Counted from the stretch's first letter, positions 11,934-26,700 are shown. The stretch: DNA of 64,000 nt from Trichosphaerium sp. ATCC 40318 (GCA_038496445.1 JALMLS010000056.1:310001-374000); one strand, 5' to 3'. Notes: a model not told the origin generated them from the letters alone. Numbers and translations: made by a program.

Positions 11934-14900
11934 ATGCTGATCGCATGGTGTCTACTCTTCGTTTTTGGGGTACATGGACAGGCTATTGATGATTTAGGTA
12001 CCCAACGGATTTGTTTGTACGTACAACTAGGCCTGATAGCAATAGCAAAGGTGTCTCAGCTTCAGGTTCATACTTCGGATCACGAGCACTACTCCGTTCA
12101 TTTTGAAGCGATTGGAAAATCTTGGGACATAATACTCTCAAGAAACACATATAATGTACTGTATTTGCTATATTATAAGTGTAACGAAACAACAGGTGGC
12201 TTTTCAGAATTTTAGACGCCTAACATACGAAAATAACTGTTTCCTTGGCCGCTTACAAGACGAAAACGGCTATCAAGGCCAACTAGCGGCGGTTCACGCT
12301 ACAATTGTTAAAGCACGCTATAAAAGTACTAATAACGCTTACAAATATAAGGGCATCATAGAAAACGCTTTGATATTCTATGGGGGTGGTGACTATGCGA
12401 TATCTACCAAAGGTAAGTGTTATAACATCACCACAAAAAAAAATCAAAAGAAAACTCTTAACGCGCACGTGATATTCTAGATGGTTCAATTGGTGATCCA
12501 TCTTCTCTTGTTATTTATTCGCATACACCTATAAGGACAATACAGGCAACACCATTATCTCGTCCAGGTGATTTACGAAACGCCTCTTCTCTGTTACTCA
12601 CTTGAATGATTTTAGTTACTTTGAATGGGTTTGGTTACGGGTCGAGTAAGAGACAAATACCCCAAACAGGTAATCATATATTTTGTTTTTGGAAAAATTT
12701 TAAAATAAGCCAACACCTTACAGGTGAAAGGCCTGGGATACCGTTTCCTTCTATAGATATATTCATTGATGAAGCTTTTATTATGCAACAAGGTGGAGAG
12801 CAGGTAGGAAGAAAATACTCACAACACGTGCAATAAACAAATCTGATAATTTTTTCAATGTAGAACGCTATTGATGTCGCTACTGCTGCTATTGACCAAG
12901 CTAATCTTATTTACTTGCAATCGAATTTAACAGATGTAATAGATTACCTGTTATCTAGTGAATGCTAATTTTCTGTTCCAGACTATTTTTGTTATTCGTA
13001 GCTTTAATGTTATCGACACTGGAATGTTTACTTCACCTGTGGATTCTTTAACGTTGATAAATTGGTAAGTGTCATTTTCGCGCTACTGATTTTCTTTAAT
13101 GTCTTACACCGTGTCAGGTTCGCAGATGTAAAAGAACAAGAAGTTCTGATAGATTCCTCAGATATTTGGTATCTATTTACTGGTTTAACATTAGAAGGTA
13201 TTGAGCCTACAAACTTTACGTTTTAATGATATTGGTAACAGGTACTTTTGGCCAATCTTTTATTGATCAAGCGTGTTGGATGAGCGTCCAACAAACAATC
13301 GGTTTTAGATCTAGGTGGCAGGTAAATAAAAGCAGCTTTGCTACTTTTATTAATAAGTTTAACTAGTCAAACGTTAAATTTTCAGTGGGTATTCAATCTC
13401 ATTTAGAATTTCCAATAGACAGGTACAAGTGTTTGTTACCATCTTTCATATGTGTTCTGACTTTATCGTTTTAAACCTTAGAGCTTTGATAACTGCACGT
13501 CTTTTAGGTTTCATAATGGGTGGTGATTCTACACCTGGTGATCCAATACTAGGCACAACTGTGACACTAGGTACACGTGGGTACTGGAGTTTAAAATAAC
13601 CAGGGCTTAGGTTTGCCTATTTCATCATATGTTTTCACTTGTGCTGCTAGAGAGCAAGTAAGCGTTGTTTTCTTATATTATAAACTGTTAACATGTTATA
13701 GATGCTTCGCACATGCTGCGTCTCGCTCGTTTTTATACCACCATCTTTTGTGCCAGACTTTCTTGATAGATATTCTTGTTCTGATGATAGAGACCCTTTG
13801 TAAGTTGGCAACACTATATCCTATTTCAAAACTTACCTCTGTTTAGCTGCACGCCTCCCCCATCCATTCCTCCAGTACCCTATAGTACATTAAATTATTA
13901 CGCCTAACCATTAATAGCCGGTGCTTGTTACTCCGCCACCAAGTGTACCACCAACGGATGCTCCAACTGAAGAGCCAATAGTACATATTATCCTTGTAAA
14001 TAAAATCTCACATCGACTATAGTCGCCTACGACGTTACCACCGACCACCACACCACCAACAATGGCACCAACATTGCCACCAACTACACAACCTCCAGTC
14101 ACTGCTCCCCCAACAACTGCTAGCCCAACTACTGTACCACCCTCGACGATTCCACCAGTAGTTGCGCCAACGCTAGCTCCTATAACTCAACCTCCCACTA
14201 CGACAAGTCCTACAACGGTAGCTCCAACGGCGACGCCCACTACTGCGCCACCCACGACATCAGCTCCTACAACATCTGCACCAACTGTAGCACCTACTAC
14301 AACCTCACCAACAACTCTTATACCAACTACAGCTCCACCTACAACACAGCAACCTACTACAGAATCACCTACTACGTTGCAGCCAACCACTTCAGCTCCA
14401 ACAGTTACACCTTCAACAGCGCCACCTACAACACAACAACCTACTACAGAATCACCGACTACGTTGCCACCAACTGAAGCGCCTACCATGCCACCCACTA
14501 CTCTATCACCAACTACACTTTCGCCAACAACGATGCAACCAACGACTTTAGCTCCAACAGTCGCACCTACAACGACACTACCAACTACGCTTTCGCCGAC
14601 AACGTTGCAACCAACGACTTTAGCTCCTACAATAATTCCTACAACATCACCACCCACTACAACACCACCAACGTTACAACCAACAACCCTTCCGCCAACA
14701 ACTCTGAGTCCAACAACAATTGCGCCTACTTTATCCCCTAGTACGCTACCACCAACTACAGTAGCGCCCACAGCGCCTACAACAATCGCTCCTGTACCTC
14801 TAGTTCCTTTTGCACCTACGACGGTGCCTCCCACCACAACTGTTCCTACTACGGGAGTACCTGTAGAGCCCACAGAACCTCCTGTCGTACCTACAAACGC

Positions 14901-16249
14901 TCCCACGATTTCTCCAACTACTGAGGCGCCAACAGATGCTCCAACTGAAGCACCAACAGATACTCCAACCGATGCGCCCACAAATGCACCCACAGATGCT
15001 CCAACTGAAGCACCAACAGATACTCCAACTGAAGCACCAACAAATGCACCCACAGATGCTCCAACTGAAGCACCCACAGATACTCCAACTGAAGCACCAA
15101 CAGCTGTACCTACAGGTACATACTCAACGTAGTAATCCGTCTTCTTATTATTTTCAGATGTACCAACCGAAGCACCTACTAATACACCTACACCTGAGCC
15201 TACTAACCCTCCATCAGAAGCGCCAACTCCTATGTTAGTACCTACAGAACCTCCAACAATACTAGTTACCAACGCTCCTACGACATTACCAATAACAGAA
15301 GCGCCTACATTAGAACCAACTGAAACACCAACTATAGCGCCCACAGAACAACCTACAATTGCCCCAACATTAATTCCTGTGACACTTGAACCTACGACAT
15401 CACCAACGCTTTCTCCAACGGTATCACCAACACTTACACCAACCGATGTGCCAACTTCCGTACCAACAGAGCCACCAACACTAGCACCCACAATTCCACC
15501 TACAGTCACTCCCACACAAACACCGACAGATTCACCTACGCTCGTTCCAACAATTGCTCCTACTGAAGAGCCTACGATCGCACCAACAAACGTGCCTACA
15601 GAAATACCAACAGCATCTCCAACAGACGTGCCAACTGACGCACCCACATTCGTGCCCACAGGCAAGTCACTTTAAATATCTGTGCTGTACATAACATGAC
15701 TCTAGATTCTCCAGTAATTCCATCTGCGGTACCTACAGTCGTGGCAGTGCCTTCTATTATACCTTCAACCGTTGCACCTGCAACCACAACTCCTTCTGCA
15801 GCACCAACTATTTCTCCAACTGAAGTAGTTCCAACTACAGAAGCGCCAACAATTGCGCCTCCACCTACAGTACCTCCGTTAGTGCGTGATGGGCCGGTAA
15901 GTAATTGCTAATTAACATACACGTGATTTAAATTTATGTTAGTCTACGGCTATTGTACCTGGAAGAGGCTACTCCAGTGGAGTTCACTGCACGCGACAAG
16001 ATGCAGTTAATGAAGCGCTCGTTACTGCTCTTGAGGGATGTACAACGTAAGTTCTGTGTATCCACTCTGTTCTTCTATTTTAACCTTGGCTGTAGATTAT
16101 GTTCTAGTCTGAACTTTGTACCTCCCACACCTCAAGCTTGGCGGTGCATTCCTATAAGCGGTACCAAGGTATCAACCAGCCTTCCGTTTCCATGCCCAGG
16201 AAGTGTTTTTGTATATGAAGCATTCGTTAGTTGTGTTTGCAACTGTTAA
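11934..16249 (+). CDS. Secreted reprolysin/ADAM (M12B)-like protein, probably catalytically inactive, with a long Pro/Thr mucin stalk and a Cys-rich C-terminus
   Basis: Signal peptide MLIAWCLLFVFGVHG. Prodomain-like VHFEAIGKSWDIILSRN...NCFLGRL. Dibasic site SKR. M12B-like IDIFIDEAF, DQANLIY, DIWYLFTG and GQSFIDQAC. The zinc-site position reads TARLLGFIMG. Then PT repeats, ending SCVCNC*. Confidence 0.7.
14020..15880 (+). repeat. Coding low-complexity Pro/Thr (PTEAPTDT / PTTLAPT) repeats, including near-perfect 60-bp tandem units around 14930-15110
   Basis: Repeated ccaactgaagcaccaacagatact...cccacagatgct units. The translation is a PT/mucin repeat. Confidence 0.9.
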
Positions 16250-16586
16250 ATGGTAACCAGGTAGTACCGTAACCTTATTTATTATTTTTAAACAAGCGAT
16301 GCAGCTCGGGCAAAATAGCAAAGCGTTAAAAACAGAGCATAATAGCACGTGACATCAAATAAAGCAAAAAAGCCTTAAGTTAGATAGAAAATCGGCTAAG
16401 TTAGTACAACTTATTGTCATTCTGCTCGTGTTCACTGAAATGTAGTACGATGTAAAATACCATTGTAGCATTGGTTTTATTTGTAAAGCTTTGTTTTAAA
16501 CATTCGAAAGGCGGGAAAAAAATCGAAGCGGTTAAAAACTGGTAAGGCAGTATTGGTTTACATTGATATAATAGTGGCTGTACATA

Positions 16587-18468
16587 ATGACAACCGGTTT
16601 AAATGTATACGAGGACGTATTAGGAGACACAAAGAAGAAAATTACGTTGCCAGGTACCTACTCATCGCTATCACCTATCACTAATGTTCCGTTAGCGCTT
16701 AAAGACATCAAGACACTAAAATCACCTTTGAAAGGTAGAGTGGCTCTTAAAACGCTGAAGAATGCCAACCTTAGATCTCCGCAAAGGTACCAATAGCATG
16801 AACACTCGTGTAGTAACACTATATCAAGAGTAAAAATCAAAACAGAGAAAAAATCAAAACAGGTAATGCTTTTAAAGCATCAATATACTGACAACCGTTA
16901 CTAGTCATTGGGAAGACCTGCACTGGCGGTGCTGGATCCAAACAAACCAAAAACTACACCAAAAAAAAAGAATCTAAAACGGTACGTAATAGACTTCTCG
17001 ACGCGTATAAGAGTACCGTGGCGGTATTTAATTGCTTTAAAAATTTTATTGGTCGGAAAACCAAAATCAGGCGTCTAATTTATTTTGTAGCCCGCGTGAC
17101 TCCTCCTCTACCATACTCTCACCTGTAAAAAGACGCAGAACAAGACAAGGATTTACTACACCAAAAAAAATTGTCAAAACACCTAAAAAACCACAATTCA
17201 GGCGTACGTTTTATTTGACACTTTGTTTATAAGTCATGTCTGTAAGGTATTTTTTTATTGACTTTTTTTTTCGTACAATAGGGTTTAATGGCGAGGGTAT
17301 TGAGATTCTACCACTTGACACTTCAGGTGAAGTGACTATGCATCCACTTTATTTGGGTGATATATCTGTCGCAAAAGATTTAGTATGGCTCAAAACACGC
17401 CGTATAAAGACAGTAGTAAATGCAACAAAAGTTATCAAAAATTTTTACTCTGATCCTGATTTTGGTATCACTTATAACCGGTACGTACTCGCTTAATGTC
17501 ACTAAAAAAAGCCTCAATTATACTTGCTATAGTTGCTTAATAAGATATCTTTGTATTGACGTTGTAATTAGCGTTCCTGTTGCGGATTCTGAAGAAGCAC
17601 CAATTGCTAAATATTTTGAAGACATTACTGATTTTATTCATGCTCAAAGAGCTATAGGTACCTTGCTTACTTGGTCTTTTGACCAGTTTGTTTATTGTTA
17701 GTGCGTACTTGATTATTGACTTTTCGCGAAATAGCTCCTGTACTTGTTCATTGTCGTGCTGGGCAGAGTAGATCTGTGTCTGTATTACATGCTTATTTAA
17801 TGAAATATGTTACAAAACACTTAAAGAAAACTACCGAAATATTCACTTCAAAGAACATTAAAACAAAGATTAATAATGGGTATGAATGCGTGCACATGTT
17901 GTGTATACTAATCATTATACGTAGATTCAAAAAACAGCTTATGAAGACAGAAAAGCTTTGGTTTTCTCAAAATACAATTGACTTTTTTGATCTTGGTACT
18001 CGTGTGCGTCGTACGCCAAGCAAATATATGAATGAATACAATGTATACACACCCAAGAGACCACGTACAGCAACCAAACCAAAGGTAAGCCCAAACACAG
18101 CCCTTAGTTTGTTTACCTTCCGTTTTTTTTAATTTTTTTTTTAGCGACGAACTTCGACCGCCTTGCGGCCTTCTACAACATCTAAGATCACAAAGAAACG
18201 TCGTATTTCAACAAAGAAGAAGCCTACTACGCCTTCAAGGGTAGTTAAAGTTAAAAAAGAGCCTGTCAGTCAAGCAGACGACAAAGAAAACTTACCAAAC
18301 TTATCTTGGCATCAAAACTTATCTTGGCAGTCAAGAAGGTCTTCAGTTGTTGGCACGCCAGTCACTGCTTCAGTTGCAACCAAGAAATTGCTGCCTGTTA
18401 TACAACCGCTAAAACTGAATCTTGACGACGACGCTATTGGTTCCCTTGACAGCAACTGGCACTTTTAA
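16587..18468 (+). CDS. Dual-specificity protein phosphatase (MKP-like catalytic domain with basic disordered flanks)
   Basis: LYLGDISVAKD, VVNAT, VPVADSEEAPIAKYF and the catalytic loop VLVHCRAGQSRS. Confidence 0.9.
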
Positions 18469-18890
18469 AGCGTTGCACATCATTTGTGTACTGCATGCGA
18501 TTTTTGGAGATTGTCGCTTTTAAAACGCCCTGAACACGGCTTTTTCCCTCGTGGGACGTGCAATAGTATTTCTAGCACGTCATGGGCACTGTAAATAAAG
18601 ACAAATTGTAAGTTAAAGCGCTAGTTTTTTTCGAAGTTTTTCTCTTTCTATTCTCTTTATAAATACATGAATAGTACAAAACGCATTGATACAAAGCGTT
18701 GTAGAAGGTTTTGATCGGGTTTTTTTGCTACTTGTTGCTATTGGACATTTACAAACAGCGTTGTTTCTGATGGCATGTATGATGATAACACTAGGTTAAC
18801 ACCCCACCTGTCTTTGAAGCTTATTTTGGCCGAATCAGCAACATTCAGAAGTGAGCGCAAACTGCGTAAACGTCAACAAAATAGAATTGT

Positions 18891-19650
18891 TTAAAAATAG
18901 TACCAGTAGACTATATCTGTTACAGGAGTGCGTTCATACACTTTCAATTTGAGTTCATCTCCATTACCAGTGTTAAACCGTAAAATCTTTGAACTATGCT
19001 TCTGTTGGCGCTTACTCTACAAGGGAGATGTGTTAGTAACAAAAACAATTATAACTGCACTTTTGAGATGTAGTTGTGCAGTGTTTTGTACTATTACTCA
19101 CCTTTTTAGATCCACGGCTTTTTGTATAAGGCTTTGCTACCTTTTTTGGCTTTTCATCGTCTATAGATCGACTCCTGTTAACCTTTTTTGGGTTTTAATA
19201 TTTTCTGTAATGGATATTTTCGAGGTTGAACTAAAAAATCCGTACGCGGTGATCCATTATTTTATCTAGTTGGTCCATACGTGACTTTATTAGCTCTTTC
19301 TCTTCTTTAAATAAAATTAATCAGCAAAAGCGTACAACGAAGCCAACAATGCGAATAAGAATACATAGTTTAAGTTATTTTTAGTTTTTGAAAATAATCA
19401 ATTTAAAAAAACACGTGCCTGTACCGTCATCGCTATCTACAGACTCTCCTTCACCACTTGATGTTAAAGTTTCGAAATATTTTGCAGGACAGTAGTGAGC
19501 GTCCTTATCGAACTTGGTGTCTTTAATAGAAGCGACCACGCGTGAGCTAGGTGAAGCTACTGTATTTCTACGAGAATGAACTATCTTATTTGCCATGTCC
19601 TTTATCGCTGCTTTTTTTAATGCATCTCCGGCGTTAGGGAGGGACGTCAT
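18891..19650 (-). CDS. Hypothetical basic low-complexity protein (multi-exon; frame uncertain in A-runs)
   Basis: ATG-initiated exon at 19650 ends in a GC donor, followed by exon-like segments with splice signals. No domain recognised. Confidence 0.45.
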
Positions 19651-20233
19651 GTTACAGAACTACGTATTTGTTTGCGCAGTATGGCGATAGTAACTTAAAC
19701 ACCACTAGCGGTCCGGTTGTGTATTTTTTGTGCAGCGTCAGATCACGTAGGAGCTAAGACGAAATTTCACTTGTGAGGGGCTATCTCTAATAAACCCAAA
19801 AAATCTAATTCGTCGATTTGAAACGTCGTCGAGTTTGCTATACTTTATCGCGGGATACACTCAGCCAAGTACGGATAATGAAAGAAATGTCTCATTCACA
19901 GTAGCGCTAGCTGGGAACTTCGTAATTTTGTCGCAATACAAACAAATTCCGCCAAGTGCAAAGGTTTTCCGACAACTGAAATTATCCATGTCATAAAAAA
20001 TATGCCGTACTCAAAATACTTGTCATGTGACTTTATTTTACAAACTTAGCAGCTCACGTGATCAAAACTGCATGCGGATAATCGTGGAAATAAAACTCGA
20101 TAGGTCCCGAAGCTTCCTTTTAAGCTGATTGATAACACCTTGAGCTACTACCGCCAAGTATGGATGGTCAAACTGGTTCCTGTTTTTGATAGTTCAGCTG
20201 TTTGTTTGAAAAGAGACATCATCAGAAAATTCT

Positions 20234-20689
20234 ATGGCATACAAAGTAACTCTGCGCGCTGTTGAAAACACTAAAATTGCATTTGTCGTTACTAATAACG
20301 GTATGCCTCCTCAACAAGTTCTAAAATGGGGCACACCATTCGAAGGTATCTGTGCTAATCAGTTTAACATAAAAAACGAAAAAGGTGAGCGGCTAGAATA
20401 CCAAGGACGAATGATGCGCAGAGGCACGTGATTTTTAGCAAACATCTCGTTCTTTTAGGCGCTTAGACTCATACTGGTTATAGCTCCTGATCCAGACCCA
20501 ACTGATTTTTTGATTGTACCTGGTAATAGCGAGATAGCTGTAACATTCGATTTAGCTGATAGCTATAAATTTACTGCACCTGGCAAGTTTTCTGTTGATT
20601 ATGAGATACCAGGATTTGCAACTATTAAAGAGGATCAAATAGACAAAAGCCACGTGGACATCACTGTCGATAAGGTTGGAAATTGTTAA
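20234..20689 (+). CDS. Stand-alone protein resembling the prodomain of M35 (deuterolysin / peptidyl-Lys metalloendopeptidase) proteases
   Basis: VVTNNG...VLKWGTPFEGICANQFNIKNEKGERLEYQGRMMRRA|PDPDPTDFLIVPGNSEIAVTFDLADSYKFTAPGKFSV. One GC-AG intron at 20424-20483. The stop comes before any HExxH domain. Confidence 0.7.
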
Positions 20690-20787
20690 GACAGAATAAA
20701 TGGCGACCACAAAATCAACTGACAGGGCATTTTAAAAAAATGCTGAGCACTTTATTATTTAAAAATGGCCTCTTTTTTTAAAACTTA

Positions 20788-23700
20788 CTATACACGAGGT
20801 TCACGAGGTTCTAATTTAAGGGATTGATCGTAAGCCTTGTCTACATCCCACTCTCTATTAAGAAAGAAAAATTATAAGTTGGTTTCGTTAGTGAACCAGT
20901 TGACGTACTCTTGCTTCATAATAAGATTTGTTACTGCCTCGACAGGTTGCAAGTTGTATGGCGTTTGCTGGTATAAAATAATCTTTTGTAGTATCTCCGC
21001 TTGTTTCTCACACTTCGCAAAATTGATAGCACCAGATGCAGTTACATCTGGGGCGCCGTCGTGAAGGAAAACAAGATCGGATAGGATAATACCTTGCACA
21101 GATAAGAAAAAGGAATGAAAAGTTGTGGTGTACCCAGAAATGGGATTAAAGGTGGATCTGCTGTGGCTAGCTTCCCTCTGTAGGTTTTCCAACTAGAATT
21201 TGTATCCATCAGTTCCTTGTACGTATCCAATTCGTGCATCCTAGACGTAGACACTTTCTAAGAAAGAATAAGAAAAAACAGCTGACTAATTAGGTTTACC
21301 GCCATTGTCTTTTTCAGTCTGTAAATCTCGGATAAGTTAAACAATGCCAGAACCTCGCTTACAGCTGTGAAGTTATTCAGTTTGTAAAGTTCCTATTTTA
21401 TGAAACAAATTAGTAAAAGTCACGTGATAATCGAAGCGTACGCCCATAGCAACTATCATTTTTGTTAAGAATTGTGCACGCTTTCTTATACTTTCTTCTT
21501 TGAGAACAATTGTTGCCAATGCTCTTGTCACGTATGTTGAGAAACGAATCATCTTTAGTAAGTTAGGACTCCGTTTATCCTTGTCAGACTTTGTCCAAGC
21601 CAATCCAAGGCACTCTTTTGGATGTATAGCCTAGCGTCCATTAGAAATCCAACTGATTATTTTAAGGTAAACAAAGAAAATGTACTTTGAATTTGCGGTA
21701 GTGTATAATTGTGAGCTGTCTCGCAAATTCAATAGGATGTAAATCAGATAATCCGTAGTTACTCTTCTTTGGCAAGAGGGGTCTCGCTGGTGGTCCAGAA
21801 TGCATTGCCCGTTTAGTTTCGGTGGAATCCTGAAGTAAGTGATATATTAGCATGATAGTTGAAAATATGATGACTTACAGATCTTCCTCTCTCAACACCA
21901 CGTTCAACCATGTTCGCAAGTGTCTTACCATCAAAGGATGAGATGTTTTGAATGAATATTTTCAAAGCATCAAGTTGTTCTTTATCGCTCTAATAGAACA
22001 TTAATGAAATTATAATTATCTCGATAAAAAAATACGTACTCTAAAGTCGAACTTGAAAAATTGAGTTGCCCAACGCTTCAAGAAGTTACATATTCTCAAA
22101 CGATATTGCTTGTTACTGTCAAGATTCTTATGGAACATATAACGATCAGAAAGAGTATCAATAAGCTTTTTTGGTGTCGTGAAGCTTCTATAAGTCAACA
22201 AGAACGTAGTGACATAGTTTTCTAAGAAGGAGTTATTGATTGTATTAACAAAGATTGCACTTACGATCATGGTTTCCGTTGTATAGGTTTTCAATTAACT
22301 TTTCGGCGGATCCCTCGGCAACAACACTACCTCTACTCACCACTGAAGCTGAATTCACTTCAACTGCCTTTACGAAAATTCTATTCGAGATTAAACAAGT
22401 TTGTATCTAATTTTGTTTTGCTTACTCTGGACGTGCTGTTATCATATCATCAATACTATCGTACACTTCGCCTTGGAACTCGAACTTTTCAAGGTCATCA
22501 TCATCCTTGTATAATCGCCTTATACGTTTATGTACAATATCACCCGAGGAAATCACGTGACTAGTAGGTAAATAAACAAAGTGTTTTCGTTGTAGAAGTA
22601 TATTCGTACGCTAGAGTCAAGTTACAAACTTGACTACTAAATCTAATCAAATATGTTCCCTGGGTATGTATTGAGTTTTGACCGCATACATTTAATTTAT
22701 TGTACCTCTGGCTGATCTTGCAAAAATGGCTGCTCTTCGGAGGCATCAATATCGCCAAGGAAACAGCTAACAAAATTAATACTTCCTGAACCCACTATTC
22801 GTTACCTTAGGGCTGATATTGCTGATTTGAAAGGTGTTATAAACAAGTCAGAATACGCATCAATTATTGCATGAATGGAAGGAAAGTAGTGAAACCTAAA
22901 AGTGATAAGGACAATTAATTCAGTTCATAAGAAGGTTGTACCCTTCCGTATCTGGTATTGATAAACCTTATCATACAATTAGATAAATGTATACATGATC
23001 AATGAGTAGCGTACCTTTAGGAGTATGAGATATGCGTACAGCGCCAATATGCTTCTCATTAGTGTTCTCTTTGTTGTAGACATAATCACAGGCGAAGTTT
23101 CCTGGTTTTGATCTACTGAAACGCACCAAGAAGGTTCCAACATTCTCTATAGCAAGTACTAAGTATAAAGTGGCGAAGTTGTTTACAAGTCACCTGTTTC
23201 TAGGAACCTGCATGCCTCTTGCCGAGATAAAAATCCATGAAACCATGGTTCTTGAATGGTTCTCTGAACCTAAAGTCGAAATGTCAGGAAAAAATGCAAT
23301 GTGTCATAAAAAAGTGAGAAAAAAAAAAGTACTTTATTGATGCACTCCTTAATAGGTCCAAACCCTTTCAAAAACTCGGCAAACTTGTAAATATTGACAT
23401 AACCTACACAGATGAGTACTGTAATAAATATAAAAAAAAATACCTGTATTCGAGTTGTCGAGAATGTGACGTATAGTGCGTTCTTCTTTTTCTCTTATAT
23501 AATGACGTATATTGGCATTCTCGTTCTTAGCGTTTCCATTACGTGATTCGCCTCCGTTTACTTCTGTACTGCCGTTTTTACGTTCAATTTGGTTCGGTTT
23601 TGGATATACTTCAGGCGTAGTAGCACTTGGAGTGTCTATCTTCCCGCCAACAAAAGTACATAGCTCTATGATGAAAGTAGACCATTTTACCATGAATTTC

Positions 23701-26700
23701 TATTTAAAATAAGACGAAATAGACATGGAATAATAGTTCAGATAATACCTCAATACCAAACCTCTGTTTCCAAAATTCTCTTGCTGCTGGATCAGGAAAC
23801 AAGTTTTCTAGAGTCGCAAGAAGCTCAGGGGTATTTACACTACTCTTTAGCAAATCGCTACTAGTATCCTAACCGCTTGGTTAGTTAAACCATACAATGT
23901 AAGTTGTCTCGAAAATAGCATGCCTTTTTCTGAGAATCAGCAGTTTCTTTGACAAGAATAGAGTTGAAATACCTAACATAGTTCAAGTTAGTTTTTACCT
24001 CTTTTTTGGTTTATAGCACGTGCTCTGAGAAAATGTCGAGTTCTTGTGTCAATGTTACATTCATAGCTTCAATATCACCTCTAAGGCGACTACTGGTCAA
24101 TAGTCTTATAAATTGAGCCAAACCAGCATCTTTTTTCTTTTTTGATTTGACCATGCCTTAAAGCAACGAATAAGTTAGCACTACGTAACAACACAATCCT
24201 GTGATTGATACCTTCGAACTGCGTTAACTTGAGGCCGAAAACTAGGTTTGTTAGTAAGGACAAGTTCATAAACGTTTTGAATGGGTACCTGTGAGATGAG
24301 TGAGGTCAAGCACTTCAGAGATCAATTTGGCGTCATTCTTTAAGATGTTGTTGAAAGTTATCAACATTGATTCAAAATTGGTAACAAACTCAGCAAGAGC
24401 AGAAACCTCCTTTGTATTTGATCTAACCAAGAAATTAATAAACTCTATCCTCTACTTTTTTGTCACAAACCTCGCTTTGAGATCCCTCCAAAGGCTGAGA
24501 ACACGTGACCTTGTGTTTGCGACTAGAAACAGCTACGTTTTGTTTAAGTTCGTCATGTAGGTAGTCAAGCATTCGTACAAGTTTTTTGTTAATAGACACA
24601 ACAAAATCTGGTGCTGTACAACGTTTGAAAGGCTAAATATGTATGTAAGTAAACGCCTTAAGAAACTGTTGACGTACAGCAAATATTTCTTTATGATGAC
24701 GAATAAGAGTTGACATGACTTCTTTGGCTTTCTCTGCTTGAGAAGATTTTACACACCGAATGATAATAGGTTGGAAAAGATCAACTACATACAAATGAGC
24801 AATGACACTTCAAAACAAAGAAATCTCCGTACCAATCTTAGAAAGAGACATTGGAGGCTTGTGAGAATGTTTGCTCTTCTTGAACACAGTGATACCATAC
24901 AAGCATGTGCAGACAGTACTTAGACTAGAAAATAGAACAAAGGGACTACAACATATGACACTCCTCAGATCTTGCGTTGACTCTGAGGAGGAAAGAGTTA
25001 AATCAAATATTTGATGAATTTGTTTTTGACGTACTTGCTTCAAAGATACTTGTGTGAAGTGCTGGGGGAATCAAACCATGTGGCATCTGTCTCAAGAAAG
25101 TCCAGAACAGACATGCCGCTACTTTAAGATGCTCGTGCTCAGCAAGCACCAAATCCTTGCCTGTTTTTTGTTTAGTGAAGTTTGGGTCTAACTTTTTCTT
25201 TGCGTACCTTGATTGACATCTCCTCTGACGCGCATTGCTTGCATTCTTGCGACAGTAAAGTTGAATATTTTACCGCCAGTGTATTCAGAGGATATGAACT
25301 CAGTTGTCTCTCGAAGGATTTTTGGTACAAAATCGCTCATAACGCGATCTTTGTTAAGTTCTGCAAGCTTACAGCTTTCGTCCTTTCGAACAAGGATAGA
25401 AAGAGGTATACCAAATACTCTCGTACTTTCTTGCATTGCAAAGTAACTGTAAATCTTGTGACGAAGTTTAGTCTTATATCACGTAATAGAATAAACAATG
25501 TATGTACCATTGAATCTTCGATGATTGCATTGAATCTCGCCATTTCTTGTACTGGTGTTTCTTTTGATATTGCTGTTTCTAGTTCATCCATCCAAGAGTG
25601 TTTATCAAGTAAGCTCAGAGTGTAAAATGTAAACGAGTTACGGTCTGCTTTGCTCATACACAATATTTTAAAAGGGTAGTATTTTCCTTGTTAGAATATT
25701 AGAATGTTGTTTTTAGTAAAACGTTGTCACGAAGTACCTTCCATTCTGGCGTCTAATACTAATCCATGTTTAAGTAAAAATACTTTCAAACAACCATAAG
25801 ACAAAGATTCAGTGCTGTTCACACGTTTCAGTTCTCTCGTAACAACCTAATTTGACGATGATTATAACACGGTTTGAGAAATATTGGTACCATGAGATCA
25901 TTGAATAGAAAGCAGTATCTCTCTATGTATTGACCTCCTTCTTTGACTAAAAGCTTTCCTTCACGTATATGTACCCTATTACTATTTGAGGGCGCTTTGA
26001 AGTCTTTAATAAGAGTAGATATTTGATCTGTTCTACTGAACATTTTGGATTGGAATTTTCTCGTCACTAGATTAAAGAGTTAGTAATTGCTTTACTGCTT
26101 TCACTTTAGCGTACGGGTCATAAAAAGATCTTGAATGCCTTCTCCGCTTTGAGCACTAGTATAATGGACAGTCTTAGCGTCAGAACTGAGTACAGAACGC
26201 GCAAATTCGGTAACGTCTTGTGTAAATCTTTGCACTGAACCAGCTTCGTCCACTTTCTTTGGTTTAGCTTCAAAACACGCAAAAAAAAAACTGTTCAAAC
26301 GAATACGTACTCTTTGTAGCGACAACAAGGAATATCTAAAAAAGAATATCAGTAAGATAGAAATCACGTCATCAGTGATTTTACTCTATAAAAAAGGCCT
26401 GTTTACGCACATGATCTTTTTCAGAAATAGGCGTAATGTTGTCTAGATGATTTTGTAAAGCAGGCACAGGATTCTCATCTTGTGTAGCATCATAGCAAAG
26501 TAAAATAACATCAGCCCAATTAACAATCTACAATGAGACGAACAAGTTAATGTATTAACAAGTAAAGGAAAAAAATGGCGTGAACGAACTTCGCGGCGTT
26601 TAGTGTTATAAGACCAACTGAGTCCAGGCTCTAGAACCTCCAAGCTACAGCTTACGCTGTCCACTTTAGTCTTACAGAATTGCCTCTCTTCTTGCTGCGT

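Noticed and set aside
14187-15665. 492-aa Val/Gly-rich ORF on the minus strand
   Set aside because: It is the antisense shadow of the Pro/Thr mucin exons; CCN/ACN-rich codons leave few stops on the reverse strand.
16960-19200. Apparent frameshifts in A/T homopolymer runs within otherwise intact genes
   Set aside because: More likely sequencing/assembly indels or my own splice uncertainty than programmed frameshifting; raw reads are needed.
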